Below are positions 9,293 through 19,644 of a stretch of 64,000 bases of DNA, in pieces. Both the position numbers and the translations under genes were made by a program. Source of the stretch: Minisyncoccota bacterium (lineage in GTDB: Bacteria; Patescibacteriota; Minisyncoccia; Minisyncoccales; CSSED10-335); assembly GCA_028701035.1 (NCBI GenBank), contig JAQVRO010000001.1, forward strand, positions 5,497 to 69,496. Direction: 5' to 3'. A model generated the notes under the pieces. The model made no database searches. It was not told where the DNA came from and worked only from the letters and a program-made list of their open reading frames with translations. How positions within the stretch are numbered: the stretch's first letter is position 1; every line of letters starts with the position of its first letter.

Positions 9293-11968
9293 CTACCTCA
9301 AATCCTTGTATCTTAAATATTTATACAATTCCCCCATCCAAAGAACAAACGACGAGCCAATAATAATTAAAGCTAATTCAAATAAGTTGAGATGAACCAA
9401 ATGAAACACTGGATACAGAAAATGCATTGCGAGTAATTGCAATCCGACCGATAAGATTAATGCCCAAACAACATAGGGATTAGAGAATAATCCAATCTTA
9501 AAGATTGATCTTCTCATGGAGCGCATGTTTAAGACATTAAATAACTGAGTAAAAGCCATCGTTGCAAAGGCAGCGGTGCGGGCCTTTTCGATGTCTTGGT
9601 CAATAGACAAGTGATAACCAAAGAACCCTAAAGTAAGCACGGCCATTACAAAGACCATTATCAAAACAAAAGGTATCGTCTCTCTAGATAATATGTTTTC
9701 TGTTTTCTTTTTAGGAGGATCTTTTAGGACATCTCCATGTCCTGGCTCAGCCGCTAAGGCCAAACCAGCAAAACCATCTGTTACTAGATTGAGCCATAAA
9801 ATCTGCGTAGGTAAAAGAGGTAGTTGAGTAAAAAGAATAAGAGAACTAATTAATGTAACCGCTTCGGCAAAGTTGGTGGTAACCAAGAAGCTACTAGCTT
9901 GCCGAGTATTATTAAATACTATTCTCCCCTCTTCAATAGCACTAACAATGGATCTAAAGTTATCGTCGGTAAGTATAATCTCGCTAGCTTCTCGGGCAAC
10001 ATCGGTTCCGCTAATACCCATAGCAATACCAATATCTGCTTTTTTAAGAGCCGGTGCATCGTTGACCCCGTCTCCAGTCATAGCAACAATGTGACCTTGA
10101 CTCTGTAGCTCTTCGGCGATTCTAAGCTTCATATTAGGAGTAAGGCGAGCGAAAACATTGACTCGCTTTATAGCTCTAGAAAATTGGTCTTGAGACATAC
10201 ACAAAAGTTCAGATTCGGTAAGTGCATCGTTATCTTTTTCGTCTATTATTCCAACCTCTTTAGCTATTGCAAGACCAGTTCCTTTATGATCTCCAGTAGT
10301 CATTATAACTCGAATACCAGCTTGCTTGGCTTTTAAAACAGATTCTCTTGCCTCGGGTCTTGGGGGGTCAATAATTCCCACAACCCCCACAAAAACGATA
10401 TCAGAAACCAAATCATCAGATATAGTTTTCTGATTTTTTTTAACACTTCTATACCCTAGAGCTATCGTTCTCATGGATCTAGATGTAAGACGATTTGTTT
10501 TAGATAAAAATTCTTTCTTCTTAGTCCCAGTCAAAATATGCTCTCCCTTATCATCTAAAAAATATTTGGCTTTATCTAATAAAACCTCGGGGGAACCAAC
10601 GATATAAAGCTCTAAGTTATCTTTTCTAGAAATTAGAGATGCCCGATATCTCAATTCTGAACTAAAAGATTCGTCTTCTATTTTCTTTTCTTCTAAAATA
10701 TCTTTATTCAGTCCTGATTTTTGAGATAAAACAACTAGAGCAGCTTCTGTAGGATCTCCAATTACCCTATACTCACCACCCTCTTCTTTAAAAAGTCTAG
10801 CGTTATTACACAAGCAAGATATGTGCAATAGTTTAGCTAAAGAAGTATGCTCTAACGGAGAAATCTTAGTCTCGCTTAAAACAAAATCCCCTATTGAATC
10901 CCAACCATTACCAGTAACATCAATTGTATTGTCTGATAAAATAATACTCCTGACATTCATTGTGTTTTGAGTTAATGTTCCTGTTTTATCAGTACATATC
11001 ACGGTAGATACTCCCAAAGTTTCAGTGGAGGGCAATCGCCTCATAATTGCATTTCTACTAGCCATTCTACGAGCGCCAATAGCTAAAACAATAATTAAAA
11101 TTGCAGGTAATCCTTCAGGGATACCAGAAACCAAAGAAGCTATTGTGAAAAATAATATCTCTTCAAACTCTATCCCTTTGTAAACATAACCAACAATGAA
11201 TATTAGAAATGTTCCGATAACAGCAATGACTGCCATTTGCTTAGCCAATAAGTCTACCTTTAGCTCAAAAGGGCTCCTTCGTCTTTGAATGTTGCCAATA
11301 TCTTTGGCAATTGTTCCAAAAGTAGTTTCGTTTCCAGAAGCGACAACTACCGCTCGTGCATGGCCAGCAACAACAAACGTACCCATCCAAACCATATTAT
11401 TCCTGTCGGCAATCGTAACCTCTTTTTTAATCTTTAAACTATCCTTCGTTATTGGAGTTGACTCCCCCGTCAAAGCAGATTCTACCGTTTTAAAATTTCT
11501 ACAATCAATTATTCTAGCATCAACGGGTATTTTATCACCCTCCTCTAAAAAGATAACGTCACCAGGAACTAAATACTTGGCATCGATTTTGAACATTACT
11601 CCACTACGATAAACTTTAGCAGTTGGAACAATTATTTTCTTAAGAGACTGAATTGCTTTCTCGGCACGATACTCTTGAATAAATCCAACAATTGAATTGA
11701 TAAGAATAACAAAAAGAATTACATAAACATCTATCGTTTTGCCGTAAAACCACCCGATAACAGCGGCAACTATTAAAATATATATCAGAACACTATCAAA
11801 TTGCTTTAAAAATATGTATATTGGACGACTACTTTCTTTTTCTGTTATTTCATTGAAACCATAATCATCTAAACGACTTTTGGCCTCACTCTCGGACAAT
11901 CCAGACTCATCTGATTTAATATCGTTTAGAGTTTCTCTTGGTGATAGTAAATAAAAAGAATTTTTCAT
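9293..11968 (-). CDS. P-type cation-transporting ATPase (type IIA, Ca2+-like)
   Basis: TGES, PEGLP, DKTGTLT, TGDH, MTGDGVNDAPALKKADIG, QILWLNLVTD. Confidence 0.95.
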   Translation of the reverse strand: MKNSFYLLSPRETLNDIKSDESGLSESEAKSRLDDYGFNEITEKESSRPIYIFLKQFDSVLIYILIVAAVIGWFYGKTIDVYVILFVILINSIVGFIQEYRAEKAIQSLKKIIVPTAKVYRSGVMFKIDAKYLVPGDVIFLEEGDKIPVDARIIDCRNFKTVESALTGESTPITKDSLKIKKEVTIADRNNMVWMGTFVVAGHARAVVVASGNETTFGTIAKDIGNIQRRRSPFELKVDLLAKQMAVIAVIGTFLIFIVGYVYKGIEFEEILFFTIASLVSGIPEGLPAILIIVLAIGARRMASRNAIMRRLPSTETLGVSTVICTDKTGTLTQNTMNVRSIILSDNTIDVTGNGWDSIGDFVLSETKISPLEHTSLAKLLHISCLCNNARLFKEEGGEYRVIGDPTEAALVVLSQKSGLNKDILEEKKIEDESFSSELRYRASLISRKDNLELYIVGSPEVLLDKAKYFLDDKGEHILTGTKKKEFLSKTNRLTSRSMRTIALGYRSVKKNQKTISDDLVSDIVFVGVVGIIDPPRPEARESVLKAKQAGIRVIMTTGDHKGTGLAIAKEVGIIDEKDNDALTESELLCMSQDQFSRAIKRVNVFARLTPNMKLRIAEELQSQGHIVAMTGDGVNDAPALKKADIGIAMGISGTDVAREASEIILTDDNFRSIVSAIEEGRIVFNNTRQASSFLVTTNFAEAVTLISSLILFTQLPLLPTQILWLNLVTDGFAGLALAAEPGHGDVLKDPPKKKTENILSRETIPFVLIMVFVMAVLTLGFFGYHLSIDQDIEKARTAAFATMAFTQLFNVLNMRSMRRSIFKIGLFSNPYVVWALILSVGLQLLAMHFLYPVFHLVHLNLFELALIIIGSSFVLWMGELYKYLRYKDLR

Positions 11969-12606
11969 AGTATTTTTTTATTCTTATCTCTCCACTCTTC
12001 TATTCTTTTATGATCTCCAGATAACAAAACACTAGGAACGGCCCATTTCCCGTAAACTGCCGGCCTAGTAAACTGCGGGTACTCAATAGCACTAACACTT
12101 TTGGTTCTTTTTTTCAAAAAGTCATCTGTACCAACAACCATAGGAACAAGACGAGAAACCGACTCTATTACCACCATAGCTGGAATTTCCCCACCCATTA
12201 GAACATAATCACCTATTGATATCTCTTCATCCGCAATATGTTTAGCTACCCTTTCATCAACTCCCTCATACCTACCGCATATCATAATAATTTGATCAGT
12301 TTTAGACAAGCGATGGGCGGTCTTTTGATCATACTTCTTCCCTCGAGGAGTAAAAAGGATAACCCTAGATTTTCCTTTCTTAATTGATTCAACTGCTTTA
12401 AATATTGGTTCAATCATCATTACCATCCCTACCCCACCACCAAATGGCTTATCGTCTACGGTCTTTCTTTTATCGGTTGTAAAATCTCTTAAATTGTGGA
12501 TATTAATATCTATTAATTTATCATCGCAAGCATTTTTCAAAATGCCACTTTTTTTATAAGGGGCAAAGAACTCAGGAAAAAGAGTAATTACTTCGAAATT
12601 AATCAT
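11965..12606 (-). CDS. trmD: tRNA (guanine37-N1)-methyltransferase
   Basis: DDKPFGGGVGM, CGRYEGVDERV, SIGDYVLMGGE. Confidence 0.97.
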   Translation of the reverse strand: MINFEVITLFPEFFAPYKKSGILKNACDDKLIDINIHNLRDFTTDKRKTVDDKPFGGGVGMVMMIEPIFKAVESIKKGKSRVILFTPRGKKYDQKTAHRLSKTDQIIMICGRYEGVDERVAKHIADEEISIGDYVLMGGEIPAMVVIESVSRLVPMVVGTDDFLKKRTKSVSAIEYPQFTRPAVYGKWAVPSVLLSGDHKRIEEWRDKNKKIL

Positions 12607-12661
12607 AAAAAAATTGTGCTATCTACAAGATAGCACAATTTTTAATTTTAAGTAATACCCC

Positions 12662-12973
12662 CTAGAGGTTTAAATCGTCTAAATTAGTAGCTGACGATGG
12701 TCTTGCCTCTTCTACTCTTCTGCCTCCTTCTGGCTCTTCTATTTTTAAATTAACTCTTGCTTGGTTCTTTAAACCAATAATCCTAATCAAGTTTCTAATT
12801 GATTTTGCTGTAGCTCCAGCTCGACCAATAACTTGACCCATATCTTTCGAATTAATTCTCAAAGAGAGCAAAACTCCCATTTCGTCTACCTTTCTTTCAA
12901 CTTGAACATCTTCTGGATGATCAACTAAAGCCTTAACAACATATTCTAAGAATTCCTGGTCTGCAATAGGCAT
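12662..12973 (-). CDS. khpA: KH-domain RNA-binding protein (KhpA family)
   Basis: LVDHPEDV, DMGQVIGRAG; canonical rpsP-khpA-trmD order. Confidence 0.9.
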   Translation of the reverse strand: MPIADQEFLEYVVKALVDHPEDVQVERKVDEMGVLLSLRINSKDMGQVIGRAGATAKSIRNLIRIIGLKNQARVNLKIEEPEGGRRVEEARPSSATNLDDLNL

Positions 12974-13099
12974 AATATTTAATTCTGTTTTTTATTCTTC
13001 TTAACCTCGGTAGTCCGACCTTTGAATCTTACTGATAATTACAGTAAAATCACTGACCGTAATACTATATTTATATATTTCAAAAAGGAAAAAGTCAAA

Positions 13100-13615
13100 C
13101 TACTCTTTCTTTTCCTCCTCTACTGGAGCAGTTTCAACTTCCACTGGTTGTTCTTCAACTGGAGCTTCCTCTTCCTTTTCTGCTGGAGCAGTTTCCTCTA
13201 CTGGTTGTTCTACGATTTCAACCTCTGCTGGTTCTTCAGTTGGAACCTCCTCTTTCTCTTCCTCCTCTACTGAAGCACTTTCTTCTACTGGCTTCTCTTC
13301 AGTTTTAGTTTCTTCTTTCTTTTCTTCTTCTACTGGTTGTTCTTTTTTAGAAACACTATGTTTTGGTCTTTTAGGACCATCTACTATCTTCTCATCTACA
13401 AACATATTGAAAACAGTATCGGAAACCTGAACTCCATTTCCAAGCCAATATTTAACTCTTTCTGAGTTAATATTTCTTTGCTTTGTTGTTGGATCATAAA
13501 AACCAACTTCCTCGACAAAACGACCCCTTGCTGGAGCATTCTTTTTCTCAGTAACCACTATTTTATAAGCGGGCTGTCTTTTTCTACCTACTCTAAATAA
13601 TCTGATTGTTAACAT
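13100..13615 (-). CDS. rpsP: 30S ribosomal protein S16 with long acidic C-terminal extension
   Basis: MLTIRLFRVGRKRQPAYKIVV..GRFVEEVGFYDP; E/P/V-rich tail. Confidence 0.95.
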   Translation of the reverse strand: MLTIRLFRVGRKRQPAYKIVVTEKKNAPARGRFVEEVGFYDPTTKQRNINSERVKYWLGNGVQVSDTVFNMFVDEKIVDGPKRPKHSVSKKEQPVEEEKKEETKTEEKPVEESASVEEEEKEEVPTEEPAEVEIVEQPVEETAPAEKEEEAPVEEQPVEVETAPVEEEKKE

Positions 13616-13640
13616 ATTTTTATACTAACTTAATTATAAA

Positions 13641-14348
13641 TTAATTGCAATCTTTACAAGGCCATCCCTTAACCTTTAATGCTTCCCCAGCTGCATCCTC
13701 TTCGCCAGCTTGTTTAGAAAAACCATTACCTCGAGCGACAAGATTGTCTCCCAAAAAAACTCCCACCGTAAAGTTTTTTCTGTGATCGGGGCCTTCTTCC
13801 GCCAAAACACTGTATGTTGGAGTAACTCCCAATATTCTTTGAGCTTCTTCTTGAAGTCTTGATTTATTATCCTTATCAAGGCCAAACTTGATAATATTAG
13901 GAAGTTTTGTTATCAAATTATTGTTAATAAATTCGTTGCAAGAATTATATCCTTGGTCAAGATATATCGCTCCAACTAAAGATTCAAATGTATTGGCTAA
14001 TATCGACTGTTTTGATTTACCAACTTCTCGGTTTTCACCCTTTGACAAAAGGATAAAATCATTAAATCCTAATTCTTCAGAAGTTTCAGAAAGAATTTTG
14101 GTATTAACTAATGCTGCCCTTAAACTTGTAAGGTCGCCTTCTGTCTTATCGGGATAATTCTTGTATAAGTATTCGGTTACAGTTAACTCAAGAACCGCAT
14201 CACCCAAAAATTCCATTCTTTCGTTGTGACCTAGTAAAAAATCAGGGTTTTCGTTGATATATGAACGATGACAAAAGGCCTGCAAAAGCAAGTCTTTGTT
14301 TTTGAAAACTATTCCAATATTATTCTCAAGTAAAGAAAAATCGTTCAT
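13641..14348 (-). CDS. rnc: Ribonuclease III
   Basis: HNERMEFLGDAVL, C-terminal dsRBD (KSRLQE..EEGPDHRKNF). Confidence 0.96.
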   Translation of the reverse strand: MNDFSLLENNIGIVFKNKDLLLQAFCHRSYINENPDFLLGHNERMEFLGDAVLELTVTEYLYKNYPDKTEGDLTSLRAALVNTKILSETSEELGFNDFILLSKGENREVGKSKQSILANTFESLVGAIYLDQGYNSCNEFINNNLITKLPNIIKFGLDKDNKSRLQEEAQRILGVTPTYSVLAEEGPDHRKNFTVGVFLGDNLVARGNGFSKQAGEEDAAGEALKVKGWPCKDCN

Positions 14349-14352
14349 GGTA

Positions 14353-14790
14353 TTATCTATTCTCTATTTCTTCTTTCATTTCACGAAAGACGGTTCCTAA
14401 AACTCCGTTAACAAACCTTCCTGAGCTTTCTCCTCCAAAGCTTTTAGCTAGTTCTATAGATTCGTTTATGGCAACTTTTGGTGGAACCTCTTCTTTATCT
14501 CCAAATAAAAGCTCAAAAAGCCCGATTCGTAAAACATTTCTGTCTACAATTGCTACTTGCTCTATTGGCCACTCAGGAGCAGCTATCTTAATAATATCAT
14601 CTATTTTCTCAATATTGTCCATAATCCCTTTAACTAAAGAGAAAACAAATTCTTTTTCTTTGAGTCCTGGAGCAAATTCATCGATGTTTCTCTCTACGAT
14701 ACTATTTAGGTCCCCCACTCTTTTACCGAAAAAATCCCACTCATAAAAAGATTGGAGAACAATTGATCGTGACAAATGCCTAGAAGCCAT
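14353..14790 (-). CDS. nusB: Transcription antitermination factor NusB
   Basis: [31 protein letters not shown]. Confidence 0.96.
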   Translation of the reverse strand: MASRHLSRSIVLQSFYEWDFFGKRVGDLNSIVERNIDEFAPGLKEKEFVFSLVKGIMDNIEKIDDIIKIAAPEWPIEQVAIVDRNVLRIGLFELLFGDKEEVPPKVAINESIELAKSFGGESSGRFVNGVLGTVFREMKEEIENR

Positions 14791-14824
14791 GATTTTTAAA
14801 AATTACAATAAATTGTCAAAAAAA

Positions 14825-15067
14825 CTACTTTGCGCTTGGACTATTCTGCATCTCTTTTTCTTTCTGCTTTCTTTCCTTTTTATCAAGCTTTTTAAGAACG
14901 TCTATCACTTCTCTGCCCTTGTAATAGCCGCAATTTTTACAAGCAGTATGAGGTAATGTTTCTTTACCACACTTAGGACATGAAACAAAACCAGTCTTTT
15001 CTAAAAAGATGTGCATCCTTCTGTTATTTCGTCTACCTTTGGTATGACGTTTTTTTGGTACAGCCAT
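14825..15067 (-). CDS. rpmF: 50S ribosomal protein L32
   Basis: Start at MAVPKKRHTKGRR; CPKCG..HTACKNCGYYKG. Confidence 0.95.
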   Translation of the reverse strand: MAVPKKRHTKGRRNNRRMHIFLEKTGFVSCPKCGKETLPHTACKNCGYYKGREVIDVLKKLDKKERKQKEKEMQNSPSAK

Positions 15068-15147
15068 ATTTTTATTTCTTGTTTTAACTGACGATAATAT
15101 ACCATAGCAAGTATAATTTTGCAAGCTAAAAATCAACAATCAATCTT

Positions 15148-15177
15148 TTGAGTACAATTGTACTCAATATTGAGTAC
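15148..15177. repeat. Two overlapping perfect palindromes
   Basis: TTGAGTACAATTGTACTCAA (15148-15167) and GTACTCAATATTGAGTAC (15160-15177). Confidence 0.8.
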
Positions 15178-15180
15178 GCA

Positions 15181-15744
15181 CTATTTTAATTTAAAGCTCT
15201 TTCTGTGTATTTTAGAATAACCATACTTCTCAATAGCTAGTATGTGCTCTTTGGTTCCATAGCCCTTATTCCTCCTAAATCCGTATTCGGGATATTTTAA
15301 ATCATATTGATCCATTAACCTATCTCGAATAACTTTAGCAATAATACTTGCAACCCTACAAGAAACAATTCTTTCGTCGCCTTTAATAACTGGCAATTCT
15401 AAAGCATCAATCCCGATCTTAAAATTACCATCAATAATTACCAAATCGGGCTTAACATCTAAATCGTTTAGCGCTTTTCTCATGGCTAGTTTAGTTGCCT
15501 CCAATATATTTATCTTATCAATTATATTATTAGAGACCTTGCCAACCCCCCACTTAATTTCTTTTCTTGATTTAAAAAAATCAAACAATTCTTCTCTTCT
15601 TCTAGCGCTCATACTTTTAGAGTCTCCAAACTTCATATCTTTTAAAACACTGAAGTCAGTAATATGAACAGCTGTAGCAACAACTGGTCCCGATAAAGGA
15701 CCTCTCCCTACTTCGTCTAAACCAACAATACAGTTAAAATCCAT
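15181..15744 (-). CDS. rnhB: Ribonuclease HII
   Basis: GLDEVGRGPLSGPVV, DSK, IDGN, ASIIAKVIRD, NKGYGT. Confidence 0.96.
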   Translation of the reverse strand: MDFNCIVGLDEVGRGPLSGPVVATAVHITDFSVLKDMKFGDSKSMSARRREELFDFFKSRKEIKWGVGKVSNNIIDKINILEATKLAMRKALNDLDVKPDLVIIDGNFKIGIDALELPVIKGDERIVSCRVASIIAKVIRDRLMDQYDLKYPEYGFRRNKGYGTKEHILAIEKYGYSKIHRKSFKLK

Positions 15745-15782
15745 GTCTTTCTTTTTTTCAAATATTATTATATAATACCATT

Positions 15783-16469
15783 ATGCAAGAAACATATCAA
15801 TCTATTATTTCTCAAAAAGAAATTGACCAAATAATTAAAATTGCCGAATCGGAAAACACGCTTGCCGATTTCTCAAATATGACAATTCAAGAAATGAACT
15901 TGTCGGAAAGAGAAATAAGGTGTGGGTTGAATTTTACCAATACTGTTTTTTTAGGAAGTGTGTATATGGGCAGAACTATTGTTCATGGAAATATCGTTTT
16001 CAATGGCTCCGTAATCAATAACACAACTTACTTTGGAGAGATTAAGATAGCTGGAGATTTCTTAGCTACAAGAGTCGTAGTCAAAAACTCCCTTAATATG
16101 GTCAAGGGAGAAATTGATGGTCAATTTGTTATGGAAAAGGCCCACATCCAAGGATTTTTAGGGTTGAATAAGATAAAAGTTAAGGGAAACACTAATCTAA
16201 AAGGATTAAAGATAATAGGAATGGTTACTTCTAGTGGAATAATTAATGGAGATGTTTATTTACAAAATGCTGAAATACAAGGATCCCTAGATATGGAAAG
16301 TTGTAATATTACTGGTCTAGCCGATTTAAACAAAATTAATATATGGGGATTTCTTAATCTTGCTGATGGAGAAATTAAAGAAGCTCTTATTCTAAAAGAA
16401 AGCTATATCAAAGGAGAAACTTTATTTGAAGGACTTAAATGCAAAGAGAAGTTTGTTTCTTTTTTCTAA
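15783..16469 (+). CDS. Hypothetical beta-helix/pentapeptide-like repeat protein
   Basis: Recurring I.G...(F/L) pattern across 228 aa; directly upstream of dnaE. Confidence 0.6.
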   Translation: MQETYQSIISQKEIDQIIKIAESENTLADFSNMTIQEMNLSEREIRCGLNFTNTVFLGSVYMGRTIVHGNIVFNGSVINNTTYFGEIKIAGDFLATRVVVKNSLNMVKGEIDGQFVMEKAHIQGFLGLNKIKVKGNTNLKGLKIIGMVTSSGIINGDVYLQNAEIQGSLDMESCNITGLADLNKINIWGFLNLADGEIKEALILKESYIKGETLFEGLKCKEKFVSFF

Positions 16470-16478
16470 AAAATACTA

Positions 16479-19400
16479 ATGACTAAATTTACTCACCTTC
16501 ATGTGCACTCTCACTACTCCCTATTAGATGGATTATCCAAAATAGATGATTTACTAGAACATATAAAGAGTTTGGGGATGGACTCGGTAGCGATAACCGA
16601 TCACGGTGTATTGTATGGTGCAGTTGAGTTTGCCCAAAAAGCAAAAAAGGCTGGCGTTAAACCAATTATTGGTTGTGAATTCTATGTTGCCCCTGATAGT
16701 CTTCATAATAAAAGGCCTGGTATTGATGATAAGAGACACCACCTAATACTTTTAGCTAAAAACGAAACGGGCTATAAAAATCTAGTCAAGATGGTAACTA
16801 TCGCTCACTTAGAAGGTTTCTATTACAAACCACGAATAGACGAAAATACTCTAAGACAATATTCCGATGGCCTTATTGGATTATCTGCTTGCGTCCAAGG
16901 AAAAATACCCCAACTCATTATCAATAATAATACAGTAGAAGCAGAAAAAACAGCCCTAGATTATGAAAAAATTCTAGGCAAAGGAAATTTCTACTTAGAA
17001 ATGCAAGATCATGAAAAAATACCAGATCAAGCAAAAGCCAATCAAGGACTTATACAAATATCAAAAAATACTGGTATTCCTCTAGTGGCAACTAACGATT
17101 GCCACTACCTAAACAAAGAAGATGCTCATGCTCAAGATGTATTAGTGTTAATTAACACAGGAGCAAAAATAGATGACCCCGAAAGGCTTAATATGCAAGA
17201 GTGTGATTTGTCTGTTAGAAGCCCAAAAGAAATGGCTGAGAGTTTTAAGAAAACACCCGAAGCCATAGAAAATACTCAAAAGATTAAAGATGCTTGTAAT
17301 TTTGAATTTGAATTTGGAAAAATTAAATTGCCTGAATTTGCACTACCTAAAGAAAAAACTGCTGAAAAATACTTAAGGGAGTTAACGCTAAAGGGCGCTG
17401 AAGAGAAATGTAGCAACTATAACTATCAAGAAAGAATTGATTACGAACTTAGCGTTATTGAAAAAACAGGTTTTGCCTCTTACTTTCTTATTGTCCAAGA
17501 TCTTATTAATTGGGCAAAAGGAAATGGTATTGTTGTTGGTCCAGGGAGAGGCTCAGCCGGAGGGTCGCTAGTTTCTTATTGCTTAGGAATTACCGACATC
17601 AATCCCCTAGACTACGATTTACTATTTGAAAGATTTCTAAATCCAGAGAGAATATCAATGCCTGATATTGATATTGATTTTGCCGACAGAAGAAGAGACG
17701 AAGTAATATATTATGTTTCGGAAAAATATGGTAGCGATCGTGTGGCACAAATTATTACATTTGGAACTATGGCCTCTCGTGCCGTTATAAGAGACACCGG
17801 AAGAGCCTTGCAATACCCATACAATTATTGTGACCAAATAGCCAAAATGATTCCTATGGGATTATCGCTAGAAGAAACTCTAGAAAAAATACCTGAGTTT
17901 AGACAATTATATAACACTGATACCAAAGCAAAAGATTTAATTGATGTTGCCAAAAAACTAGAAGGGGTTGCTAGACATGCCTCAACTCATGCATGTGGAG
18001 TTGTAATATCTAAAGATCCGTTAGACGAAATAATACCACTCCAACACTCAACTAATAACGAAGGAAGTACGGTCACACAATACGAAATGACATCGGTTGA
18101 AGCACTGGGAATGCTTAAAATGGACTTCTTAGGACTCAAAAACCTAACCACCATAGAAGACACTCTTTCTAAGATATATGCCATATACAAGAAAAACATA
18201 GACATCAGCTCACTACCACTAGATGACAAAAAGACTTATCAATTATTACAAAAGGGAGAAACAATTGGGGTATTTCAGCTAGAATCTGGCGGTATGCAAA
18301 GATATTTAAAACAATTAAAACCAACCGAATTTGAAGATATTATTGCTATGGTAGCACTTTATCGTCCTGGACCAATGGAGCTTATACCTGATTACATTGC
18401 TAGAAAAAACAAACAGAAAGCTCCAGAATATATCCACCCTAAATTAAAACCGATACTAGAAAGCACTTACTCTATTCCCCTATACCAAGAACAAGTAATG
18501 AAAATGGCTCAAGACCTTGCTGGGTTCTCTTTGTCAGAAGCAGACATATTAAGAAAAGCGATGGGCAAAAAGATTAAATCACTTCTAGACGAACAAAAAG
18601 ATAAGTTTATTGATGGGTGTATTAAGAATGGTGTTGAAGACAAGGTAGCTCAACAAATATGGGATTGGATTACTCCTTTTGCTAGTTATGGATTTAATAA
18701 GAGCCATTCAGCAGGATATGCCACGATAGCTTACCAGACCGCCTGGCTAAAAACTCACTACCCTTGCGAGTTTATGGCATCGCTTCTAGCATCAGAAAGA
18801 AAAGATATTGAAAGAATATCTTTCCTAATTGAAGAGTGTAAAAGAATGAAGATAGAAGTTTTACCACCTGATATTAACGAAAGTTATGTTTTCTTTAGCG
18901 TTGTCCCTCAAAAAAACCAAATTAGATTTGGCCTATCTGCTATTAAAAATGTAGGATTAGGAATAACCGAAAACATTGTTGCTGAAAGAAAAGCTAATGG
19001 TCCTTTTAAATCACTTAATGATTTCATATCTCGCATACAAGAAGGAAACATTAATAAAAAGTCGCTAGAAAGCATGACAAAAGCTGGAGTTTTTGATAGT
19101 ATAATAGAAAGGAATAAGATACTGGAAAATATGGATGATATTTTAAGTCATATTAGAGAGAAAACCAAAAACGACTCTAATGGACAAAAAAACCTTTTTG
19201 ACAATACAAGTTTTAAACACGAAGAAATACATCTTAAAGATGCTCTCCCTACTTCTAAGAGCGACCGCTTAAAATGGGAAAAAGAACTATTGGGTCTTTT
19301 TGTAACTAGCCACCCACTAGAAGATATGCGAGAGTTATTGAGAAAAAACACAACAGCTGTAATTGTCGCTCAAAGAGCAATATCAGGACAAAGAATAAGA

Positions 19401-19640
19401 CTAGGTGGAATAATATCTGGAATTAAAAAGATCTTAACCAAAAGCGGAAAACCAATGATGTTTATTACCCTAGAAGATTTAACTGGGAAGATAGAGGTTG
19501 TTGTTTTTCCCACGACACTAGAAAAATATCAAAGCATACTAGAAGAAAATAAAATAGTATTTATCGCTGGTAAAGTAGACCACAAAGACGGAGTTCCAAA
19601 AATAATATCTGATCAAGTAGAAGAAATTTTAGAAATATAA
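16479..19640 (+). CDS. dnaE: DNA polymerase III alpha subunit
   Basis: HLHVHSHYSLLDG (PHP), GPGRGSAGGS, MPDIDIDF, YGFNKSH. Confidence 0.98.
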   Translation: MTKFTHLHVHSHYSLLDGLSKIDDLLEHIKSLGMDSVAITDHGVLYGAVEFAQKAKKAGVKPIIGCEFYVAPDSLHNKRPGIDDKRHHLILLAKNETGYKNLVKMVTIAHLEGFYYKPRIDENTLRQYSDGLIGLSACVQGKIPQLIINNNTVEAEKTALDYEKILGKGNFYLEMQDHEKIPDQAKANQGLIQISKNTGIPLVATNDCHYLNKEDAHAQDVLVLINTGAKIDDPERLNMQECDLSVRSPKEMAESFKKTPEAIENTQKIKDACNFEFEFGKIKLPEFALPKEKTAEKYLRELTLKGAEEKCSNYNYQERIDYELSVIEKTGFASYFLIVQDLINWAKGNGIVVGPGRGSAGGSLVSYCLGITDINPLDYDLLFERFLNPERISMPDIDIDFADRRRDEVIYYVSEKYGSDRVAQIITFGTMASRAVIRDTGRALQYPYNYCDQIAKMIPMGLSLEETLEKIPEFRQLYNTDTKAKDLIDVAKKLEGVARHASTHACGVVISKDPLDEIIPLQHSTNNEGSTVTQYEMTSVEALGMLKMDFLGLKNLTTIEDTLSKIYAIYKKNIDISSLPLDDKKTYQLLQKGETIGVFQLESGGMQRYLKQLKPTEFEDIIAMVALYRPGPMELIPDYIARKNKQKAPEYIHPKLKPILESTYSIPLYQEQVMKMAQDLAGFSLSEADILRKAMGKKIKSLLDEQKDKFIDGCIKNGVEDKVAQQIWDWITPFASYGFNKSHSAGYATIAYQTAWLKTHYPCEFMASLLASERKDIERISFLIEECKRMKIEVLPPDINESYVFFSVVPQKNQIRFGLSAIKNVGLGITENIVAERKANGPFKSLNDFISRIQEGNINKKSLESMTKAGVFDSIIERNKILENMDDILSHIREKTKNDSNGQKNLFDNTSFKHEEIHLKDALPTSKSDRLKWEKELLGLFVTSHPLEDMRELLRKNTTAVIVAQRAISGQRIRLGGIISGIKKILTKSGKPMMFITLEDLTGKIEVVVFPTTLEKYQSILEENKIVFIAGKVDHKDGVPKIISDQVEEILEI

Positions 19641-19644
19641 AAAA

